This document shows, piece after piece, positions 1 to 5,002 of a DNA stretch of 5,002 bases (positions are counted from its first letter, which is position 1; the number at the start of each line of letters is the position of its first letter). The position numbers were made by a program, and so were the translations under genes. The stretch covers positions 1 through 5,002 of the forward strand of contig NW_021830164.1 of NCBI RefSeq assembly GCF_006345805.1, given 5' to 3'. Below the pieces are notes generated by a model. The model did not search any database and was not told where the DNA came from. It was given only the letters and a program-made list of their open reading frames with translations. Origin of the DNA: Octopus sinensis. Taxonomy: Eukaryota.

Positions 1-19
1 TTTATATTCATTTATTTAC

Positions 20-410
20 CATTGTTGTTTCAGTCATTAGACTGCAGCCACGCTGGGGCACCGTCTTGAAGAATTTTAGTCGAACGAATCGACCCCAATA
101 TTATTCCTTCTTTTGTAAAGCTTGGTACATATTCTGTCGGTTTCTCTTGCCGAACCACTAAATAACGGGGACATAAACAGCAACACCGGATGCCAAGCGT
201 GGAGGCAGGGGACAAACTCATTTACACACACACACACACACACACAGAACGGGCTTCTTTTAGCTTCCGTCTACCAAATCCACTCACAGGCACAAAGCTT
301 AGGTCGGCCCGTGGCTAGAGTAGATAACACCTGCTCAAGGTGTCACGCAGCGGGACCGAACCCAGAACCATGTGTTTGGTAAGCAAACTTCATAGTAGAC
401 AGCCACCACA
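20..410 (-). mobile_element. tRNA-derived SINE (octopus-type), near full length, diverged
   Basis: The minus strand reads GTGGCTGTCTAC (degenerate A box, ~395-406) and GGTTCGGTCCC (B box, 352-362), then GACACCTTGAGCAGGTG (reminiscent of the CORE-SINE central domain) and an internal (TG)n tract (224-246). The 3' region has small hairpins (plus-strand GTCGA-N5-TCGAC at 79-93 and CAGTC-N4-GACTG at 31-44) and ends in an A-rich tail towards position 1. The layout matches a very abundant octopus SINE as I recall it; the family name is not verified. Confidence 0.85.
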
Positions 411-654
411 TTTCTTAAAAACATTTCATATAGCACTCTATATTTATCACAGATTATAAATCAAGTTAGAATACATAAAGTCAATTCTGAGAAACTCTAC
501 CAAATTCTTCATGCCCTTATTGGAGAAATTTGTGGTTTTTTTTTTTTTTTTGCAGTGTCCTAGTTTGCAGAAGTGTAATCAGGATTTATCATTTCGTAAC
601 TGGAAACTGAAGAGTGTAAGATATTTCGACTCGAAAGATTTTAAAGACATTTTA

Positions 655-684
655 CCTAACCCAAACCCAAACCCAAACCCGAAC
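655..684. repeat. Telomere-like hexamer tandem repeat, 5 units
   Basis: CCTAAC-CCAAAC-CCAAAC-CCAAAC-CCGAAC, a degenerate (CCCTAA)n-type array. Confidence 0.75.
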
Positions 685-784
685 ATTTCTCTTCGGAAAA
701 TTAGTGTCAGCATATTTTGGTATCATATTCATTTTTCATGTATTTTTGTATTGAGAATATTTTCAATGAAAATGATATTCAGAT

Positions 785-1200
785 TATATACACATACATA
801 CATACATGCATACATATATACACACACATATATGTGTGTGTGTGTGTGTACATAATTTCTAAGTACGAATGCAAATATATATATGCGTATACGCATATAC
901 ATGTGTATGTGCGTGCGTGCTATTTAAAACTTTATATGGAAATAATATACATACACACGCACACACACACACACACACACATATATATACATTTATATAA
1001 TATATATATATATATACTTTTATATAATATATATATAGATATATATATATATATACTTTTATATATATATATATACTTTTATATAATATATATATATATG
1101 CATATATAAATATTTATGCAGTATACATATATACTATGTATATACATACGTACTTACATAGATGCGCGCGTGCGCATACACACATACACACATACACATA
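785..1200. repeat. Compound microsatellite block (CATA/CA/TG/TA)n with a (TA)n-CTTTT higher-order unit
   Basis: Directly visible (CATA)n, (TG)n at ~833-849, (CA)n at ~960-980 and (TA)n at ~981-1100. The (TA)n tract is interrupted by CTTTT at 1017-1021, 1056-1060 and 1076-1080. Confidence 0.95.
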
Positions 1201-1555
1201 TTTCTATATTCCTTTTCCTTGGTGCATTTTTTTTTTTATTCCGTAAATTTCCTCACGGATATTGAATTTGCCAATGGCGGCACCCATGCTGTGTCACAAA
1301 CGTTATTAGGCGGGCAAAGTTGAGAAGGTCTCGATGCATTTTGTAACGCGATATGATGGGCGTAGGGAGGACATTCATGCGTCTCAAGGAGAACTAGAGA
1401 ACGTGCGACATCCAAGCTGCGTCACTGTGTCACAAACTGAATTAAGGACGATGGACATACATCGTGTTAAAACTTAATCCGTCACCTCGGTTTATCATCA
1501 CCACCTGTACTTTGAGAAGTTTCAGCAGAGTACACTCTAAAATTTGTAGAAATAA

Positions 1556-1673
1556 ATGTGTGGGTATGTATGAAAGTATGATCGTACGTACGCACGCGCC
1601 TGTGCGTATGCATGTATATGCTGTATATATATATATAAGTGTGTGTGTCTGTGTATATATATATATGTATATA
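1556..1673. repeat. Degenerate (TG)/(TA)/(TATG) microsatellite
   Basis: Alternating purine-pyrimidine tracts are directly visible. Confidence 0.85.
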
Positions 1674-1859
1674 CAGAGTGAACCAAAGGTAGGCGGACAG
1701 TAAATGATGACATTTATTTTTATCACATATAGAAATAAATTTTATTGTATACAATAATACAATACAAAAACACTGAAAATTTTATCAACGCAGGTTATAA
1801 TACAACCCCTAATACAAACCCTATTCAACCTACTGTCCCCCTACTTTTGGTTCAACATG
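1674..1859. mobile_element. Tc1/mariner-superfamily MITE (non-autonomous DNA transposon, 186 bp)
   Basis: The left TIR CAGAGTGAACCAAAGGTAGGCGGACAGTA (1674-1702) matches the reverse complement of 1831-1859 (CATGTTGAACCAAAAGTAGGGGGACAGTA) at 24/29. The left flank is TA (1672-1673) and the right flank is TG (probably a mutated TA). The interior is AT-rich and non-coding. Confidence 0.85.
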
Positions 1860-1897
1860 TGTGTGTGTATATATATATATATTAATATATATATATA

Positions 1898-2004
1898 TAG
1901 CCAGCGGGGTGGCATCATTTGAAGGCTAAAACAATGCGAAGCGCATTGTGACCAGCGATGTGTAGCAACATCTGATAGCCTCGTCGGTCACTGTGATCAC
2001 TGTG

Positions 2005-2007
<3 letters not shown>
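1898..2007 (+). mobile_element. 5'-truncated copy (3' end) of the SINE at ~2077-2379, or of its partner LINE
   Basis: 1898-1997 aligns without gaps to 2280-2379 with 6 mismatches in 100 nt. It ends in a tandem 9-mer tail TCACTGTGA-TCACTGTGT (1988-2005) and is flanked on both sides by (TA)n. Confidence 0.9.
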
Positions 2008-2069
<62 letters not shown>

Positions 2070-2072
2070 TAT
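2007..2072. repeat. (AT)n microsatellite
   Basis: Near-perfect (AT)n with a single G at 2051. Confidence 0.97.
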
Positions 2073-2076
2073 GAAT

Positions 2077-2379
2077 GGATGCGCAATGGCCCAGTGGTGA
2101 GGTCAGAGGACTCGCGGTCGTAGGATCATGGTTTTCGATTCCCAGACCGGGCGTTGTGAGTGTTTATTGAGCGAACACACCTAAAGCTCCACGAGTCTCT
2201 GGCAGGGGGTGGTGGCGAACCCTGCTGTACTCTTTCGCCACAACTTTCTATTACTCTTTCTTCTGTTGGCCTGCTCGCTTAGCCAGCGGGGTGGCATAAT
2301 TTGAAGGCTAAAACAGTGCGAAGCGCATTGTGGCCAGCGATGTGGAGCAACATCTGATAGCCTGGTCGGTCACGGTGAT
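2077..2379 (+). mobile_element. Full-length tRNA-derived SINE (second family, octopus OR/OK-like)
   Basis: Pol III A box TGGCCCAGTGG (2087-2097) within a D-arm-like stem GGCC/GGTC, and B-box-like GTTTTCGATTCC (2131-2142). A tRNA-unrelated body follows, then a structured 3' end that is duplicated at 1898-1997. The element starts directly after an (AT)n tract. Confidence 0.88.
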
Positions 2380-2388
2380 GTATGTATG

Positions 2389-2581
2389 TATTCAGACAAA
2401 TACATAACAAAAACACCAGGAGTAACAAGTATATATAACATACTGAAAATAGTACTACTAGGCACCGCACACATCCTACGTAAAGCACTTTCAATACAGT
2501 AACAATAAGAACATCACAGCAAACCACAGCACGAACCCAAGGCACACAGAGCTGTGCTCGGTAATGCAGTGAAAGCACGTG

Positions 2582-2636
<55 letters not shown>

Positions 2637-2649
2637 TAATAATAATAAT
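2389..2649 (+). mobile_element. 5'-truncated R4/Dong-like non-LTR retrotransposon: ORF C-terminus, 3' UTR and (TAA)n tail
   Basis: 2389-2502 translates to YSDKYITKTPGVTSIYNILKIVLLGTAHILRKALSIQ*. The 'K..LLGTAHILRK.L' ending is typical of the C-terminus after the restriction-like endonuclease domain of R4/Dong-type elements. An ~80-nt 3' UTR and a (TAA)n tail follow, consistent with the known association of Dong with TAA repeats. This frame is not in the ORF track. Confidence 0.82.
2582..2649. repeat. (TAA)n trinucleotide microsatellite (LINE tail or target)
   Basis: About 22 TAA units with one TGA interruption. Confidence 0.97.
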
Positions 2650-2742
2650 GGTTTATCACCTGTTGATGGATATTTCAGATTACGAGAAAAGATTTGATAC
2701 AATGATGTGTGATTGGAGAGCAAGATAGTGGTACTGTGGTCT

Positions 2743-2765
2743 GTGGTGGTGGTGGTGGTGGTGGT
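2743..2765. repeat. (GGT)n trinucleotide microsatellite
   Basis: GTGGTGGTGGTGGTGGTGGTGGT is directly visible. Confidence 0.95.
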
Positions 2766-3094
2766 ATATCAACTGTATGAAACTTACGAAGTTTATAAAT
2801 ATTATAACAGAGTCAGAACTTCGTTTATACTTTCTTTGGAATTTATTCTGTGACGTTTCTTATTTTCAAATAAATATTTTTTTCCCCTTCATTTTCGACT
2901 GCAAGAGGGCAAGGAAGAAAGAAAATGCGTATATTCCCAGAATTGTTATTCCTCAAATTGAATTTGTAATTGTATCTCTTAATACGGGAGACTACCACAG
3001 TGACTTGCAGGTCTAATCCGTGGGGATGGCCACTAATTGAAGAATAGTGCATGCAGAGTTAAATGGTTCAAATGAATCGCATACTTCGCCTTCG

Positions 3095-3266
3095 CGCACA
3101 CACCCATATATATATATATAATATATATGTATATATTATATATAATGTATATATAAATCTATCTCTGCATGTCTGCGTATATATGTATACATACATACAT
3201 ACATACATACATACACACACACCACATATAATATTATATATATATTATTATATATATATATATAAT

Positions 3267-3313
<47 letters not shown>

Positions 3314-3523
3314 TGTGTGTGGTGTGTATGTATGTATGTATGTTATGTATACATATATAGCAGACATGCAGAGATAGATTATATATACATATAATGTTTT
3401 TATGTATGTATATTTATATATACAGATACATACATCAAATACACACACACACACACACACCCACCCACACACACACACACACATGTATATATTACATATA
3501 TATTATATATTATACACACACAC

Positions 3524-3589
<66 letters not shown>

Positions 3590-3630
3590 CATGTATGTAT
3601 GTATGTATGTATGTATGTGTGTATATATAT
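3095..3630. repeat. Large compound microsatellite block (TA/CA/CATA/TATG)n
   Basis: Directly visible; it contains the inverted duplication listed separately. Confidence 0.95.
3143..3392. repeat. Long imperfect inverted repeat centred on an (AT)n tract
   Basis: AATCTATCTCTGCATGTCTGC (3156-3176) is the exact reverse complement of 3360-3380. TATATATGTATACATA (3178-3193) mirrors 3344-3359, and (CATA)n-CACACCACA mirrors TGTGGTGTG-(TATG)n. Confidence 0.9.
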
Positions 3631-3775
3631 AACATAAAAATTTAAAGAAACAAAATGGAGAAATATTGATGAATAACAATTGACTTTATTATTTAATAAT
3701 CCTAGACTGCATTCCATCTAACATCTAACATTATTTTAACCTCTAACACATATGTTTATATATATAGTGTATATA

Positions 3776-3834
3776 TATTGGCGTCACTAAAGTGACTAAG
3801 AGTGATAATCTTAGTCACTTTTGTGACGTCTATA
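3776..3834. repeat. Near-perfect hairpin with internally palindromic arms
   Basis: AAAGTGACTAAGA (3789-3801) pairs with TCTTAGTCACTTT (3809-3821) around a 7-nt loop. After one T-T mismatch, CGTCAC (3782-3787) pairs with GTGACG (3823-3828), with imperfect extension to 3776/3834. Confidence 0.9.
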
Positions 3835-3860
3835 GTTCTGCCTTTCGGTTGTAAAGTGCG

Positions 3861-3940
3861 ATATATATATATAATATCACACATATATATTATATATATG
3901 TATAGTATATATATGTATATATATATATAATATATATATA

Positions 3941-3988
<48 letters not shown>

Positions 3989-4026
3989 TATACATATGAT
4001 ATATATAATATATAATATATATATAC

Positions 4027-4075
<49 letters not shown>

Positions 4076-4150
4076 GATATATATATATATATAATATATA
4101 TATGTATGCGTGTGTGTGCGCGCGTGTGTATATATTATAATATATTATAT
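3861..4150. repeat. Degenerate (AT)n microsatellite with a short (TG)/(CG) tract
   Basis: Directly visible, with many single-base phase shifts. Confidence 0.95.
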
Positions 4151-4551
4151 AGTTATCAAAAAGGATCAAAGGTTAGCGATCGATAATTAAGATTGATGAA
4201 TATTCCCAATTCATGGATTATAAAAATATGTTCGAATGTAGCAGTGAAAGGCTGCTTCATCTGTCGGTACCCTCCATCTGATGAAGCGGTCCTTTTTTTA
4301 AAGTGTCTGGCCCCTTCTCTCAGCCCTAAAATGTGTCCCCCCTTTTCCGAACCCTGCCACGTGCTATCCTTTCCCCAGCCCTATAATGTACACATCCTTC
4401 TCTCGCCCTCTTCGTCATATTTTGTTTTCGTATTCTTCTTCCTCTTACCGACTTCCTCCAAGAACACATTCCTGTTCCCTAGTCCTAGTATGCGCGTGCA
4501 CCCTTTTCCATCAGCCATACAATACACACCTTTTTGCAACCTTACAATGTA

Positions 4552-4755
4552 CGAGTGGGCATTGAAAAGTTCCTGGTTTTAAATGCATCGAAAAGCGTGG
4601 ATGGGGGTCCGAGTTTTTTCACAGAGCTTAGAAAAACTGAAGGTCTTCTGCCACAAGTGTGTGAATCTGAGAGGGGAATAAGTTGAATGAAATCATTATT
4701 AACTGTTCCTGTATTTTCTTTTACCCAAAGCCAGGAACTTTTCAGCATCCCCTCA
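4552..4755 (+). mobile_element. Mariner-derived MITE or internal-deletion derivative (204 bp)
   Basis: The 29-bp TIRs at 4552-4580 and 4727-4755 match at 22/29, with a perfect 14-bp core TGAAAAGTTCCTGG (4563-4576) / CCAGGAACTTTTCA (4731-4744). TA target duplications lie at 4550-4551 and 4756-4757. The CGAG(G/T)GG...AAAAGTTC terminus resembles Hsmar2-type mariner TIRs. Confidence 0.9.
4616..4690 (+). pseudogene. Remnant of a mariner transposase C-terminus
   Basis: Translates to FSQSLEKLKVFCHKCVNLRGE*VE*, matching the mariner end pattern F..GI.KL..RW.KC....G.YVE*. The Tyr codon appears mutated to TAA (4679-4681). It lies just inside the right TIR, as expected. Confidence 0.75.
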
Positions 4756-5002
4756 TATGCCAGCCCACCCTTTATCAATTTCTTTCTAAAACTTGCTCCA
4801 CCCATCTTCCTCAATACACGAGCTATACACATTGCAGTTGAATATTTGTAATTGACTTGGGTACAGGAAATTTATCGTTTTAGTGGCCATGTGTATCACA
4901 GAGTAAATCTGTTTGTTGGCAAAGTTTGAAATGCTTTACGTCAAATCTTTTGACAAATCATAACACCTCACATCCTTCTCGTTTTCCCCTTCCAAGCTCG
5001 TC

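Noticed and set aside
30-382. ORFs 30-221(-) and 122-382(+)
   Set aside because: They lie entirely within a SINE and are incidental open frames.
1249-1323. Frame FLTDIEFANGG resembling the RT 'DLDFADD' motif
   Set aside because: The catalytic DD is absent, and no other RT motifs lie nearby before the stop.
1419-2007. Recurring GTCAC/TCACTGTGTCA words shared by 1419-1432, 1997-2007 and the 3781 hairpin
   Set aside because: Matches of 8-11 bp without flanking similarity cannot be distinguished from chance.
2081-2152. Functional tRNA gene
   Set aside because: A/B boxes and a D-arm are present, but there is no proper acceptor or anticodon stem, and it continues into a SINE body.
1898-2379. 100-bp direct repeats as LTRs or CRISPR repeats
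   Set aside because: There are only two copies, no TG...CA termini, PBS or spacer pattern, and they are explained as SINE 3' ends.
2777-3052. ORFs 2777-3016(+) and 2843-3052(-)
   Set aside because: Short overlapping antisense frames in AT-rich DNA with no motif or clear splice support.
3093-4121. CGCGCACACAC (3093-3103) as an inverted partner of GTGTGTGCGCG (~4112-4122)
   Set aside because: This is a low-complexity motif that is common at microsatellite edges, and there is no further supporting homology.
717-4169. ORF-track ORFs rich in YI/HT/CV or poly-Y/poly-L runs (717-1109, 1442-1754, 2279-2723, 3063-3717, 3756-4169)
   Set aside because: They are translations of (TA)n, (CA)n and (TAA)n microsatellites, which lack stops in those frames. 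They show no protein-like composition or domain.
4240-4290. Hammerhead ribozyme or C/D snoRNA (GAAA at 4246-4249, CTGATGA at 4278-4284, TGATGA at 4194-4199)
   Set aside because: Hammerhead stems I-III cannot be formed around the core, and CTGATGA is sequestered in a simple hairpin. There is no terminal stem or canonical box C for a snoRNA.
4250-4299. Bacterial rho-independent terminator
   Set aside because: The context is clearly eukaryotic repeat DNA with no upstream gene, and the loop is too large.
4193-4832. ORFs 4193-4582(+) and 4542-4832(-)
   Set aside because: The first reflects pyrimidine-rich bias (P/S/F/L-rich) and runs into the MITE TIR. The second is antisense across the MITE. 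Neither has a recognisable domain.

Overview
Non-coding, AT-rich, repeat-dense eukaryotic DNA (intronic or intergenic). The SINE sequences resemble octopus (cephalopod) SINE families, an inference from recall rather than a search. No intact protein-coding gene is supported, and the supplied ORFs are almost all microsatellite or low-complexity artefacts. Supported features are: a minus-strand tRNA-derived SINE (~20-410); two Tc1/mariner-type MITEs with 29-bp TIRs (1674-1859 and 4552-4755, the latter keeping a mariner transposase C-terminus remnant); a second tRNA-derived SINE family present as a full copy (~2077-2379) and a 5'-truncated 100-bp copy (from 1898, 94% identical); a 5'-truncated R4/Dong-like LINE 3' end with a (TAA)n tail (2389-2649); and many compound microsatellites. 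Unexplained structures are a ~250-bp fold-back inverted duplication centred on an (AT)n tract (~3143-3392), a hairpin whose arms are themselves palindromes, isolated between TA tracts (3776-3860), a possible SINE-LINE chimera, and two weak exon candidates. I see no convincing evidence of a new biological system, so the findings are leads only.
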